Shown here one piece after another: positions 8,987-19,365 of a stretch of DNA of 64,000 nucleotides. Position numbers and translations under genes: made by a program. Location: the NCBI GenBank assembly GCA_964526345.1, contig CAZGKI010000002.1:102705-166704 (forward strand). The letters run 5' to 3'. The DNA comes from an uncultured Rikenellaceae bacterium. Its GTDB lineage: Bacteria > Bacteroidota > Bacteroidia > Bacteroidales > VadinHA17. The first letter of the stretch is position 1. Each line of letters starts with the position of its first letter. Under the pieces are notes generated by a model that saw only the letters and a program-made list of their open reading frames with translations, ran no database searches and was not told the origin of the DNA.

Positions 8987-11155
8987 TTATTCTATTATTG
9001 TCATCTCTTTCAGCAGGTAACCGGCGCCGGCGAATTTGTCGATAATAAAGAGAGCATAACGGATATCGAGACTTATGTTACGGCTCTGTTCCGGATTAAA
9101 GGCCATATCACTTGCCACACCTTCCCATGCCCGGTCAAAATTTATACCTATCAGTTGACCTTCAGCATTTATTACCGGACTTCCTGAATTACCTCCTGTT
9201 GTATGGTTATTAGCTATAAAGCATACAGGAACCTCACCATTCTGTGTATAAGGGCCATAGTCTTTAGCCAGGTAAAGTTGTTTCAGCTTTTCAGGAACAT
9301 CATAATCATAAATGTCTGGATTATCCTTCTCCATTATACCTTTGAGAGTTGTGTATGGCTTGAAATAAACTGCATCCCGTGAATCATAGCCCTGAACGGT
9401 ACCATAAGCTACCCTTAATGTCGAATTCGCATCGGGATAAAAAACACGTTCCTTGTCAAATTCCATCTGAAGTGTCATGTAGTCCTGGTTAAGTCTCTGT
9501 ATCTCAGAAGTTATACGATTCAACTCTCCTCTTATATTTGCATTTAAAAACTGGCTTGCACTCGTCGAAAGCCTGTACAAAGGGTCCCTGTTGAGCTTTG
9601 ATATACTCCTCTTATTAAAACTGTTTACAAAAGCGTCATATCTCTCCTCACTGGTAAATGGTGAGGTGTTATAAATTTTATCAGCCAGAGCCTGAAAATT
9701 ACCTTTACACTCCGATTTTATTTTTATATATTCCGGTGCCAGCCACCTGGTGTCAAGATTATCACCATAGAGTTTCATGACCGCAACGAATAGCTTTTGA
9801 TCAGTATCAACATTATAATTCTTAAAAAACCCTTTAGAGCTGTTAATCAGTTGATTCTTTACTGAATTTATTTCTTCTTCACCGGAACCCTTCTCAATCA
9901 TGCCTGCCAGTGAGGAAATATTTCTTGCAAATCCTGCTACCTCTGCACCACTGCTGAAAAATACATCATTCGTATAACTGTTAACCAGGCTGTAATCCCT
10001 GAGACTGGTATATAATTCCTTATAATCAGGAAGAATATGCCCGTATTTAGCTTTCCTTGTTTCATCAGCATTGATCCATGCAGTAAGACGCTTCTCAAAC
10101 TCCTGTTTTTTCTCAATGGTCTTCATCTTCTCAAGTCCCTTGTTTTCTCCAATCCATCTCTTCCAGGAATTGGCTATACCCGATTTTTTTGCAGAATACT
10201 GAAGCCTGATAAGCGGATCGGCATTCATTGCAGCTTCCATTATCTCAATTTTTTTTGTCCTTATCCCGATCATCTTTGGGTTTATATAGTTCTTAATCAT
10301 ATCGATATGATACGACGGAACATATTCATTTGTTGATCCGGGATAACCGAAAACCATTGTAAAATCACCTTCATGTACACCTTTCAGCGATATAGGAAAA
10401 TGATAAAACGGCTTGTACGGCCCATTATCCTTTGAATAGCCTGATGGTTTATTATCCTTGTCAGCATAAACCCGGAAGAGTGAAAAATCTCCGGTATGTC
10501 TGGGCCATATCCAGTTATCAGTCTCACCACCAAATTTCCCGATAGCTGAAGGCGGTGCTCCTACAAAACGTATATCATTGTAGGTTTCATACACAAAAAG
10601 AAAATACTGGTTACCCATATAAAAAGGCCTTACACTTGCTGAATAATGTGTGCCTTCAATAGCCTTGCTTCTTATCTCTTCCGAATTAGCATTCATGACC
10701 TTCTGCCGGGCTTCATCATCCATTGAATCAGTGATGCCATTAAACATTTTATCTGTTACATCTTCCATCCTTTTAAGGAATGTTACAAACAATCCGGGAC
10801 AAGCCATCTCTTCATCACGCGACATGGCCCAGTAGCCGTTGGTAAGATAATCATGTTCAAGACTGGAGAGTCTTTGTATCTGACCATAACCACAATGGTG
10901 ATTTGTAATCAGCAGCCCATCGGGCGATATAAGTTCACCTGTACATCCACCGCCAAAAGAAACAACAGCGTCTTTCATACAGGCTTTGTTAACGCTGTAT
11001 ATATCTTCAGCTGATAGCTTGAAGCCCTTTTCCTGCATGATCTTAATATTGTATTTTTCAATCAGCAGAGGGATCCACATTCCCTCATCCGGCTTAAAAG
11101 CCCAGCTGTATAGATTAACCAGTAAAAACGAAAGTATTAATAGTGTCCTTTTCAT
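8987..11155 (-). CDS. S46 family dipeptidyl-peptidase (DPP7/DPP11-like)
   Basis: 722-aa ORF with a signal peptide and the N-terminal DEGMWIP motif. Catalytic His is in LITNHHCG and catalytic Ser in TGGNSGSPV. Confidence 0.9.
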   Translation of the reverse strand: MKRTLLILSFLLVNLYSWAFKPDEGMWIPLLIEKYNIKIMQEKGFKLSAEDIYSVNKACMKDAVVSFGGGCTGELISPDGLLITNHHCGYGQIQRLSSLEHDYLTNGYWAMSRDEEMACPGLFVTFLKRMEDVTDKMFNGITDSMDDEARQKVMNANSEEIRSKAIEGTHYSASVRPFYMGNQYFLFVYETYNDIRFVGAPPSAIGKFGGETDNWIWPRHTGDFSLFRVYADKDNKPSGYSKDNGPYKPFYHFPISLKGVHEGDFTMVFGYPGSTNEYVPSYHIDMIKNYINPKMIGIRTKKIEIMEAAMNADPLIRLQYSAKKSGIANSWKRWIGENKGLEKMKTIEKKQEFEKRLTAWINADETRKAKYGHILPDYKELYTSLRDYSLVNSYTNDVFFSSGAEVAGFARNISSLAGMIEKGSGEEEINSVKNQLINSSKGFFKNYNVDTDQKLFVAVMKLYGDNLDTRWLAPEYIKIKSECKGNFQALADKIYNTSPFTSEERYDAFVNSFNKRSISKLNRDPLYRLSTSASQFLNANIRGELNRITSEIQRLNQDYMTLQMEFDKERVFYPDANSTLRVAYGTVQGYDSRDAVYFKPYTTLKGIMEKDNPDIYDYDVPEKLKQLYLAKDYGPYTQNGEVPVCFIANNHTTGGNSGSPVINAEGQLIGINFDRAWEGVASDMAFNPEQSRNISLDIRYALFIIDKFAGAGYLLKEMTIIE

Positions 11156-11227
11156 ATTGTGAGATTTTGGTCTGGTATATTAACAGGGCTCCAGCCTCCG
11201 CTAAAGCTATGGCTGTCAAAGCAGGGC

Positions 11228-11860
11228 TCAGGGCAAATGTTTCAGTCTTTTTTCTTCTTCTGTCTTCTGTCCTAAAAATTCTTTCAACTCTTTATAAAGT
11301 CTCTGTACCGGCAGGCCAACCACGTTAAAATATGATCCTTCAATCCTGGAGCATGCGGCAATTCCGATCCATTCCTGAATTCCGTATGCGCCTGCCTTGT
11401 CATATGGTTTAAAGTTGTCTATATAGTAGTTTATTTCTTCTTCTTCAAGAACTTCAAAAGTAACTTTTGTAGCTTCTGAAAAGGTCCGTTCGTGCAATGA
11501 CGTAAGTATTGTAACCCCTGTAATAACGTCATGAGTGTTTCCTGAAAGGGCTCTTAACATTCTCCCGGCATCTTCTTTGTTAACTGGTTTCCCAAGTATT
11601 TTATTGTCGCACCAGACTATCGTATCGGCAGTAATAACCAGATCCTCTTCTTTCAGTTCATCAAGAAAACATGTTGCTTTTGCATGTGCCAGGTACTCGG
11701 CTATCTGGCTGCCTGACAGCCCTGCAGGATATGTTTCAGGATAATCTTTGATTACGACTTCAAACCTGAGTCCCATTTCAGAAAGCAGTTGCTGTCGTCT
11801 GGGTGATCGTGACGCCAGGATTATCCTGCAATTGTTCAGATCGTCAACTATCATATTCAA
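11228..11860 (-). CDS. maf: Maf-family nucleoside triphosphate pyrophosphatase
   Basis: ILASRSPRRQQLL near the N-terminus, then ADTIV and KAGAYGIQE motifs. The ATGA start overlaps the stop of the upstream UbiA-family gene. Confidence 0.85.
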   Translation of the reverse strand: MNMIVDDLNNCRIILASRSPRRQQLLSEMGLRFEVVIKDYPETYPAGLSGSQIAEYLAHAKATCFLDELKEEDLVITADTIVWCDNKILGKPVNKEDAGRMLRALSGNTHDVITGVTILTSLHERTFSEATKVTFEVLEEEEINYYIDNFKPYDKAGAYGIQEWIGIAACSRIEGSYFNVVGLPVQRLYKELKEFLGQKTEEEKRLKHLP

Positions 11861-12840
11861 AAAAGGTTCCAGGTTATTATGACCTTCACGACGACTGAGT
11901 ATAGAATACCCGACAGCATAACAATCTTCACAAGATTGCTTGCTCCATGGACCTGCTTTTTATTCCTGCTGATAAAAACCTGATATATAACAAACAGAAG
12001 AGGGAGTGCAGTTGCAAGAGTAAGGTAAATGAGTGTAATCTTATCATTTATAAAGAAATACCAAATAAGATAAAGCATAGCCAGCGTAATGATTATAAGG
12101 CTTACTACCACTATTTTTGATGCAGGAATTCCGATTTCCACAGGTAAAGTATTCCGGCCATATTCCAGGTCACCCTCAAAGTCTTCAATGTCTTTTATTA
12201 TTTCCCTGATGAGTGTTGTCAGAAAAGCAAAGAGAGCAAAACCTCCAATCCAGTAAAACAGGAAGTCCAGGTTCGGAGGTTCAGCAATATTTACGGCACA
12301 GAACCGGTAAAGAGCAGGCCATTCATATAATATAACCAGCAAGGGGACCATTGCAGTAAGTACTGCTATGATCAGATTTCCAATCAGGAATTGCCTTTTA
12401 TAGCTTGCAGAATAAAAGTAAAGCAGGCCGGAAACCAGAAGAAAAAGTGCTCCCATCCAGAAATATCCTGCCTTCCACGATACATAAAACCCTGCAATGA
12501 CGCCGGCAACATTAAAAATGTTATGCCACATCATAGCCTTACGCCGTGATATTTTTGTTCCGACAATAGCCTTGCCCCTGTTTATGAGGTCAGTTTTAAT
12601 GTCGAAATAGTCATTTATCACATAACCACCTGCAGTTATAAAAACTGTCGCTGCTACCAGAATGATAAAATTGTACCATGGAAACTGAAGAACAAGTCCC
12701 TGCTTCTCACCACTGCCATTAATAAGAATAACACTCACTTTACTTATCAGTGGTTCAATAATGAAATACCTCATTAAAACCATTGTAAGGACAACAATGA
12801 TAAGGTTTTTCCACCTGATTAATTTTAAAAATTCATTCAT
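11857..12840 (-). CDS. UbiA-family prenyltransferase (digeranylgeranylglyceryl-phosphate synthase-like)
   Basis: Polytopic membrane protein with NDYFDIKTD (NDxxDxxxD) and DIEDFEGD motifs. The start is placed at MNEFLKLIRWKN (12840), one nt from the kdsC stop. Confidence 0.8.
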   Translation of the reverse strand: MNEFLKLIRWKNLIIVVLTMVLMRYFIIEPLISKVSVILINGSGEKQGLVLQFPWYNFIILVAATVFITAGGYVINDYFDIKTDLINRGKAIVGTKISRRKAMMWHNIFNVAGVIAGFYVSWKAGYFWMGALFLLVSGLLYFYSASYKRQFLIGNLIIAVLTAMVPLLVILYEWPALYRFCAVNIAEPPNLDFLFYWIGGFALFAFLTTLIREIIKDIEDFEGDLEYGRNTLPVEIGIPASKIVVVSLIIITLAMLYLIWYFFINDKITLIYLTLATALPLLFVIYQVFISRNKKQVHGASNLVKIVMLSGILYSVVVKVIITWNLF

Positions 12841-12841
12841 C

Positions 12842-13363
12842 TTACCATGTAAATGCATCAGGATCCATCCAGTTGTTGTGCAGTCGGAGTACCTGCTCAA
12901 TAACATCTCTCACACATCCTTCCCCGCCCTTCTTATCTGAAATATAGAAAGCAACCTGTTTTATTTCACTGTCGGCATCAGAAGGACAAACGGGAATACC
13001 GGCAATTTTCATTACTTCAAAGTCGGGGATATCATCTCCCATAAACAGTATATCCGCATCCTCGAGTTTATATTTGTTTTTAAAATCTCTGTAATGTTCA
13101 GCTTTTTTTCTGCTGTTCAGATATATATCATTAATGCCAAATATTTTAAGCCTCTTCAGGTAATCTTTAGAATTGCTTCCTGAAATTATTCCGATATGAT
13201 AGCCCTTCTTCACCGCAAGCTGTAAAGCATAACCATCACGAAGATTGACTGTCCTGTTCGGGACACCAAACACATTAAGACTGATTGTCTGGAGTGATAA
13301 AACACCATCTATATCAAAAATAAATGCTTTTACCTTCGTCAGAACTTCCTTAAAATTTGCCAT
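12842..13363 (-). CDS. kdsC: KDO 8-phosphate phosphatase (HAD-IIIA)
   Basis: 173-aa ORF with HAD motifs FIFDIDGVL and GDDIPD. Size and layout are typical of KdsC. Confidence 0.8.
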   Translation of the reverse strand: MANFKEVLTKVKAFIFDIDGVLSLQTISLNVFGVPNRTVNLRDGYALQLAVKKGYHIGIISGSNSKDYLKRLKIFGINDIYLNSRKKAEHYRDFKNKYKLEDADILFMGDDIPDFEVMKIAGIPVCPSDADSEIKQVAFYISDKKGGEGCVRDVIEQVLRLHNNWMDPDAFTW

Positions 13364-14144
13364 TATTCCCTATGTTATAAAATCCCATTATCGATTTTGT
13401 CATCTCCCTGTATATTTTTTGCAATTCAGGAGAGAAAGATAATAATTCTAAATGCTTTTCAATGGTGTTTGAGTCATTTCGTATTGCAGGTCCCGTCTGT
13501 GATCTTTCGGGTCCGTCTTCGAGTGCTTTTGAAATTGTCTCCCTGATGAGAGGAACAAGAATTTCAAATGACATCCCTGCCCTGGCAACCACTTCTTTGC
13601 CGGCTGTTAGCATATAATTGGTAAAATTACATACAAAAACTGCAGAAAGATGAAGCATTTTCCGGTGTTCTGCATCCACTGAATATACATTACTTCCAAC
13701 TTTCCGGGCAAGATCTTTCAAAATCTCGTATGCCTCAGGTTCAGAGGCTTCCAGAAGAAATGGAAGATTTCTGAAATCGATATGCCTCTCAATCGAAAAA
13801 GTCTGCAAAGGGTAGAAAACACCATGCCTCTTAATAATGCCTGGAAATATGTCAAGGCCATAACTGCCGGCAGTATGTGCAACTATCGTTCTTTCAGCAC
13901 ATTTTATCTTCGACAGGACTTCTTTCAGGTTGTGATCAGGGACAGAAACAATAATAATATCATTTGATTTATCAAAAGAGAGAACCGATGACCATCTGGC
14001 ATTGCAGCTACCAGCCAGTTTTTGTCCGCGCAATTCTGATTGTGATACAATTTGAAGGATGTTTATACCTGACTGGAACATCGCCCTGCATAGAGCTCCG
14101 GCCACCCGGCCGGCACCGGCAAATGACACATTAAATTCAGTCAT
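13350..14144 (-). CDS. Rossmann-fold NAD(P)-binding protein, DUF2520-type
   Basis: 264-aa ORF with N-terminal FAGAGRVAGAL dinucleotide-binding motif. The C-terminal half resembles DUF2520 / ProC-like proteins. Confidence 0.6.
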   Translation of the reverse strand: MTEFNVSFAGAGRVAGALCRAMFQSGINILQIVSQSELRGQKLAGSCNARWSSVLSFDKSNDIIIVSVPDHNLKEVLSKIKCAERTIVAHTAGSYGLDIFPGIIKRHGVFYPLQTFSIERHIDFRNLPFLLEASEPEAYEILKDLARKVGSNVYSVDAEHRKMLHLSAVFVCNFTNYMLTAGKEVVARAGMSFEILVPLIRETISKALEDGPERSQTGPAIRNDSNTIEKHLELLSFSPELQKIYREMTKSIMGFYNIGNNGKF

Positions 14145-14152
14145 GGAAAAAT

Positions 14153-14554
14153 TTACTTTTTCCCGTATAGATAGCCCGTCAGTAAAGTAACCTGGATATT
14201 ATAGACTTTATAATACGCATAATATGAGGAACTTCCGGAGTTCATCAAATATTGGCAATCCCAGAAACAATCACCCGAAATAAGCAGCTGATTATTATTG
14301 CCAAGACTATTATAAACAGAATACATCTCAACAGGGTTACAAAAATAATAAGAATTATATCCTACTGAAAATGAGGCTGTTGTTCCACCAGTGCCAAATA
14401 CTATAGAAGAACGATCTATAAGCATACTATCAACTGAAAAGAGTACATCTTTTCCGCAACCACATTTTGCCTGTTTCTTGCAACCTGACCAGGAGAATAA
14501 TGGGATGAGTATTATAATAACTGCTGCTATTTTTGTAATAATATATTTATTCAT
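14153..14554 (-). CDS. Small Cys-rich lipoprotein, unknown function
   Basis: 133-aa ORF with a signal peptide and lipobox (LFSWSGC). The mature part has several further Cys (KCGCG, FCN, GDCFWDC). I recognise no family. Confidence 0.5.
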   Translation of the reverse strand: MNKYIITKIAAVIIILIPLFSWSGCKKQAKCGCGKDVLFSVDSMLIDRSSIVFGTGGTTASFSVGYNSYYFCNPVEMYSVYNSLGNNNQLLISGDCFWDCQYLMNSGSSSYYAYYKVYNIQVTLLTGYLYGKK

Positions 14555-14619
14555 AGTAAAATCTCAGGTTGCTTCATATACTTTAAACCTGCAAAGTAAG
14601 GTTTTATTTCATTCATAAC

Positions 14620-14657
14620 AAAAAATTAAGCCGTCAATACAAATTTTGACGGCTTAA
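14620..14657 (-). terminator. Rho-independent terminator closing the rpoBC-DUF3467 transcription unit
   Basis: On the minus strand, a perfect 12-bp stem ttaagccgtcaa/ttgacggcttaa with an 8-nt loop is followed by tttttt. It lies 22 nt after the DUF3467 stop. Confidence 0.7.
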
Positions 14658-14678
14658 TATTAGAGTTACGGGCAAATA

Positions 14679-14996
14679 TCAGGCCTGGGCTGTCGGGCCT
14701 CCGAAAGTCAGGGGCATAACAGGTCCGGACCCTTTTATTTCCTTTATTGGACCATGAACCATTTCATATTTTGCAATATTATCTTCGAGAGCTGCAACAA
14801 GCCTCTTGACATGATCGGGGGTCAGAATTATTCTAGATTTAACCTGAGCTTTAGGTATGCCAGGCATTATTCTGACAAAGTCAATTACAAATTCTGAAGA
14901 TGAATGAGTTATCATCGCCAGGTTAGAATATATTCCCTGGGCAATTTCTTCATTCAGTTCAATGCTGAATGGATGCTGGTCCTTCTGTTCTGTCAT
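14679..14996 (-). CDS. DUF3467 domain protein
   Basis: 105-aa ORF. The IELNEEIAQGIYSNLAMITHSSSEFVIDFVRIMPG core matches my recollection of DUF3467. It starts 14 nt after the rpoC stop. Confidence 0.75.
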   Translation of the reverse strand: MTEQKDQHPFSIELNEEIAQGIYSNLAMITHSSSEFVIDFVRIMPGIPKAQVKSRIILTPDHVKRLVAALEDNIAKYEMVHGPIKEIKGSGPVMPLTFGGPTAQA

Positions 14997-15010
14997 TTTC
15001 TGAATTTTTT

Positions 15011-18000
15011 CTATTTATAAGTATCAGCTTCAGCTTCAATTCCGGATTCCTGCTCGAGGCCAACAAGATTTTCATATTCCTCAAGTGATCCGACAATTAT
15101 GCTGTTATAATCGCGCTGGCCAGTACCTGCCGGAATAAGATGACCGACAATAACGTTTTCCTTCAGACCTTCAAGCTTATCAACTTTCCCTAAGATAGCA
15201 GCCTCATTAAGTACCTTTGTAGTCTCCTGGAAGGAAGCTGCCGAGAAAAAGCTGTTTGTCTGAAGAGCTGCCCTTGTAATTCCCTGTAATACCTGGCTTG
15301 ATGTTGCAGGTATAGCATCCCTGGCATCAACTATTTTGAGGTCCTTACGCTTAAGAATTGAATTCTCATCTCTTAGTTTGCGCGCTGTTATTATCATTCC
15401 CGGACGAAGTGTCTGTGAATTGCCAGCGTCAATAATTACTTTCTTTCCATATATCCAGTCGTTCTCATCCATGAACTCAAGCTTGTCAACTACCTGACGT
15501 TCAAGGAATTTAGTATCACCAGGGTCGACTATCTCAACTTTACGCATCATCTGTCGGACAATGATCTCAAAATGTTTGTCATTGATCTTAACCCCCTGGA
15601 GCCTGTAAACTTCCTGTATCTCGTTCACAATATATTCCTGGACTTTTGTCGGCCCTTTTATTGCAAGTATATCGGAAGGTGTAATTGCGCCATCTGACAA
15701 GGCTATACCAGCTTTTACATAATCATTTTCCTGAACAAGTATTTGTTTGGAAAGCGGTACAAGGTATTTCTTGATTTCATCACTTTTCGACCTGATAGAA
15801 ATTTCCCTGTTACCTCTTTTTATCTTACCGAAAGTAACTTCACCATCAATCTCGGATACAATTGCCGGGTTCGACGGGTTTCTGGCTTCAAAGAGTTCGG
15901 TGACCCTGGGCAGACCACCGGTAATATCGCCTGATTTTCCAACTGCCCGCGGTATTTTTGCCAACACTTCACCAGCTTCAACCATTTTATTTGTTTCCAC
16001 AACAAGATGCGATCCTACAGGCAGGTTATATACTCTTAACTCTTCACCTTTGGGTGCCAGTATCTTGATTGCCGGGTTCTTTGTCTTATCCCTGCTCTCA
16101 ATGATCACTTTTTCCTTAAAGCCTGTCTGTTCGTCGGATTCTTCCCTGAATGTGACTCCCTCAATGAGATAATCGTATCCTATCTTACCACTCATCTCAG
16201 AAATGATCACAGCGTTAAACGGATCCCATTCACAGATTAGCTTGCCCTTTTCAATTTCCTGTCCCGGCTTGATATAAAGCTTTGATCCGTAAGGTATTGT
16301 ATGAGTTGTAAGAGCTATTCCTGTTTTCTTGTCAATGATTCTGAGTTCAGCAAGACGTCCTATGACAATATCAATATTTCCCTTATCAGGATCTTTCTTG
16401 GGAACGGATCTCAGCTCTTCAATCTCTGCAATACCGGCATATCGTGCAACAAGTCTTGATTCTGTTGTTATATTTGATGCAGTTCCCCCCACATGGAATG
16501 TACGAAGTGTAAGCTGTGTACCCGGTTCTCCGATACTTTGTGCGGCTATCACACCTACTGCTTCACCTTTCTGTACCATCTGACCTGTTGCCAGGTTACG
16601 TCCATAACATTTAGCACATACTCCTTTTTTTGATTCGCAGGTCAGTACTGAACGTATTTCAACCTGTTCAATTGGGGAATCTTCAATTTTCCTGGCCAGT
16701 TCTTCATTAAGCTCCTGTCCGGCTTCAATGATAAGATCACCGGTAAGCGGATGATACACATTATGAACAGTTGTACGTCCAAGAATCCTTTCAAAGAGTG
16801 ATTCTACAACCTCTTCATTTTTCTTAATAGCCGTTGCAACAAGCCCCCTGAGTGTACCGCAGTCTTCTTCATTAATAATAACATCCTGCGAAACATCGAC
16901 AAGCCGGCGGGTAAGATAACCAGCATCAGCAGTCTTAAGGGCAGTATCGGCAAGACCTTTACGGGCACCGTGAGTTGATATGAAGTATTCAAGAACCGAG
17001 AGTCCCTCTTTAAAGTTGGAAAGAATGGGGTTTTCAATGATCTCGGAACCAGTTGACCCTGATTTCTGAGGTTTTGCCATAAGACCCCTCATCCCAGAAA
17101 GCTGACGGATCTGTTCTTTTGAGCCCCGGGCACCTGAATCAAGCATCATGTAAACTGAGTTGAATCCCTGCTTATCATTCGAGAGCTGCTTCATGAGCGA
17201 TTGGGTAAGCCTTGCATTTACGTGGGTCCAGATATCAATAATCTGATTATAGCGTTCGTTATTGGTAATGAATCCCATACTATAGTTACTCAGCACCTCT
17301 TCAACCTGTTCGTATCCTTCTGTTACAAATTTTGTTTTCTCTTCAGGTATGATCACATCATCGAGGTTAAAGGAGAGACCTCCCTTGAATGCTGAGTAGA
17401 AACCAAGGTTTTTGATAGCATCAAGAAAATCTGCAGTCTTGGCCATTCCGGCAAGTTTCAGGACACGTCCAATTATATCTCTAAGTGATTTTTTGGTCAG
17501 GATCTCATTTATAAATCCAACTTCTTCAGGTACATACTGGTTAAATATCACCTTCCCCACAGTCGTCTCAATGATATGATTCACGAACTCACCATCTACC
17601 CTGTCGTTGACCTTAACCTTAATAATTGCGTGCAGGTCAATCTTACCTTCATTGTAAGCAATATTTACCTCTTCAGGTGAATAGAAGGTAAGTCCCTCAC
17701 CTCTGACTTTTTCAATATTAGTGCTCTTCCTTCCTTTTGTAATATAATAAAGTCCAAGTACCATGTCCTGCGAAGGAACTGTTATTGGTGCTCCGTTAGC
17801 AGGATTAAGAATATTATGTGAAGCGAGCATCAGCATCTGTGCTTCGAGTACGGCACCATTCCCAAGAGGAAGATGCACTGCCATCTGGTCACCATCAAAG
17901 TCAGCGTTAAAAGCTGTACAAACAAGTGGGTGCAGCTGTATGGCTTTTCCTTCAATAAGTTTGGGCTGGAATGCCTGGATGCCAAGTCGGTGAAGTGTTG

Positions 18001-19315
18001 GTGCGCGGTTCAGAAGGACAGGGTGACCTTTAAGAACATTCTCAAGGATATCCCAGACCACAGGATCTTTCCTGTCGACAATTTTCTTTGCCGATTTGAC
18101 CGTCTTCACAATTCCGCGTTCAATAAGCTTACGGATTATAAATGGTTTATAAAGCTCAGCGGCCATATCTTTTGGAAGACCGCACTCATGAAGATTCAGC
18201 TCAGGACCGACAACAATTACAGAACGGGCAGAGTAATCAACCCTCTTGCCAAGCAGGTTCTGACGAAACCTTCCCTGCTTTCCTTTAAGACTGTCGCTCA
18301 AAGATTTAAGAGGTCTGTTAGCGTCAGTCTTCACTGCATTAGCTTTTCTGGAGTTATCGAAAAGTGAATCGACAGCTTCCTGAAGCATACGTTTTTCGTT
18401 ACGAAGAATAACTTCAGGAGCTTTTATCTCGATAAGTCTTTTCAGACGGTTGTTCCTTATTATAACCCTCCTGTAGAGATCGTTCAGGTCGCTTGTGGCA
18501 AAACGTCCGCCATCCAGAGGCACAAGAGGTCTTAATTCAGGTGGAATTACCGGAACGACTTTAATTATCATCCACTCAGGCTTGTTTACATGTTTTGAAT
18601 CTCTGAATGCCTCAACCACCTGGAGTCGCTTAAGCGCTTCATTTTTACGTTGCTGAGAAGTCTCAGTATTAGCCCTGTGACGGAGAGAATAAGACATATC
18701 ATCAAGATCTAAACGGCTCAGAAGCTTATAGAGTGCTTCAGCTCCCATATCAGCAATAAACTTATCAGGATGAGTATCTTCCAGGTACTGATTGTCTTTC
18801 GGCAGCGATTCGGTTATCTCGAGATACTCCTCTTCAGTCAGAAAGTCTAACTGTTTTACTCCATCAACGGCTTTAACACCGGGATTGATGACCACATATC
18901 TCTCGTAATAAATAATGGAATCAAGTTTCTTGGTAGGAAGTCCCAGGAGGTATCCGATTTTATTGGGCAGTGACCTGAAATACCAGATGTGTGCCACAGG
19001 GACAACAAGTGATATATGACCCATTCTTTCACGACGCACCTTTTTTTCGGTAACCTCTACACCGCATCGATCACAGACTATACCTTTGTATCGGATCCTT
19101 TTATACTTTCCGCAGTGGCATTCGTAATCTTTTACAGGACCAAATATCCTTTCGCAGAATAAGCCATCGCGTTCAGGCTTATAGGTACGGTAATTTATTG
19201 TTTCAGGCTTCAGTACTTCACCGCTCGAACGATCAAGTATTTCTTCAGGTGAAGCAAGACCTATAGAGATCTTTGAGTAACTTGTTTTAGTTTTGTTATC
19301 TCTTCTGAATGACAT
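15011..19315 (-). CDS. rpoC: DNA-directed RNA polymerase subunit beta prime
   Basis: 1434-aa ORF with the zinc-binding [14 protein letters not shown] segment and the catalytic [12 protein letters not shown] motif. Confidence 0.98.
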   Translation of the reverse strand: MSFRRDNKTKTSYSKISIGLASPEEILDRSSGEVLKPETINYRTYKPERDGLFCERIFGPVKDYECHCGKYKRIRYKGIVCDRCGVEVTEKKVRRERMGHISLVVPVAHIWYFRSLPNKIGYLLGLPTKKLDSIIYYERYVVINPGVKAVDGVKQLDFLTEEEYLEITESLPKDNQYLEDTHPDKFIADMGAEALYKLLSRLDLDDMSYSLRHRANTETSQQRKNEALKRLQVVEAFRDSKHVNKPEWMIIKVVPVIPPELRPLVPLDGGRFATSDLNDLYRRVIIRNNRLKRLIEIKAPEVILRNEKRMLQEAVDSLFDNSRKANAVKTDANRPLKSLSDSLKGKQGRFRQNLLGKRVDYSARSVIVVGPELNLHECGLPKDMAAELYKPFIIRKLIERGIVKTVKSAKKIVDRKDPVVWDILENVLKGHPVLLNRAPTLHRLGIQAFQPKLIEGKAIQLHPLVCTAFNADFDGDQMAVHLPLGNGAVLEAQMLMLASHNILNPANGAPITVPSQDMVLGLYYITKGRKSTNIEKVRGEGLTFYSPEEVNIAYNEGKIDLHAIIKVKVNDRVDGEFVNHIIETTVGKVIFNQYVPEEVGFINEILTKKSLRDIIGRVLKLAGMAKTADFLDAIKNLGFYSAFKGGLSFNLDDVIIPEEKTKFVTEGYEQVEEVLSNYSMGFITNNERYNQIIDIWTHVNARLTQSLMKQLSNDKQGFNSVYMMLDSGARGSKEQIRQLSGMRGLMAKPQKSGSTGSEIIENPILSNFKEGLSVLEYFISTHGARKGLADTALKTADAGYLTRRLVDVSQDVIINEEDCGTLRGLVATAIKKNEEVVESLFERILGRTTVHNVYHPLTGDLIIEAGQELNEELARKIEDSPIEQVEIRSVLTCESKKGVCAKCYGRNLATGQMVQKGEAVGVIAAQSIGEPGTQLTLRTFHVGGTASNITTESRLVARYAGIAEIEELRSVPKKDPDKGNIDIVIGRLAELRIIDKKTGIALTTHTIPYGSKLYIKPGQEIEKGKLICEWDPFNAVIISEMSGKIGYDYLIEGVTFREESDEQTGFKEKVIIESRDKTKNPAIKILAPKGEELRVYNLPVGSHLVVETNKMVEAGEVLAKIPRAVGKSGDITGGLPRVTELFEARNPSNPAIVSEIDGEVTFGKIKRGNREISIRSKSDEIKKYLVPLSKQILVQENDYVKAGIALSDGAITPSDILAIKGPTKVQEYIVNEIQEVYRLQGVKINDKHFEIIVRQMMRKVEIVDPGDTKFLERQVVDKLEFMDENDWIYGKKVIIDAGNSQTLRPGMIITARKLRDENSILKRKDLKIVDARDAIPATSSQVLQGITRAALQTNSFFSAASFQETTKVLNEAAILGKVDKLEGLKENVIVGHLIPAGTGQRDYNSIIVGSLEEYENLVGLEQESGIEAEADTYK

Positions 19316-19365
19316 ATGCTGAATTTTTTTTATTCAAATAATAAAATATATACAGGAAAGGGCTG

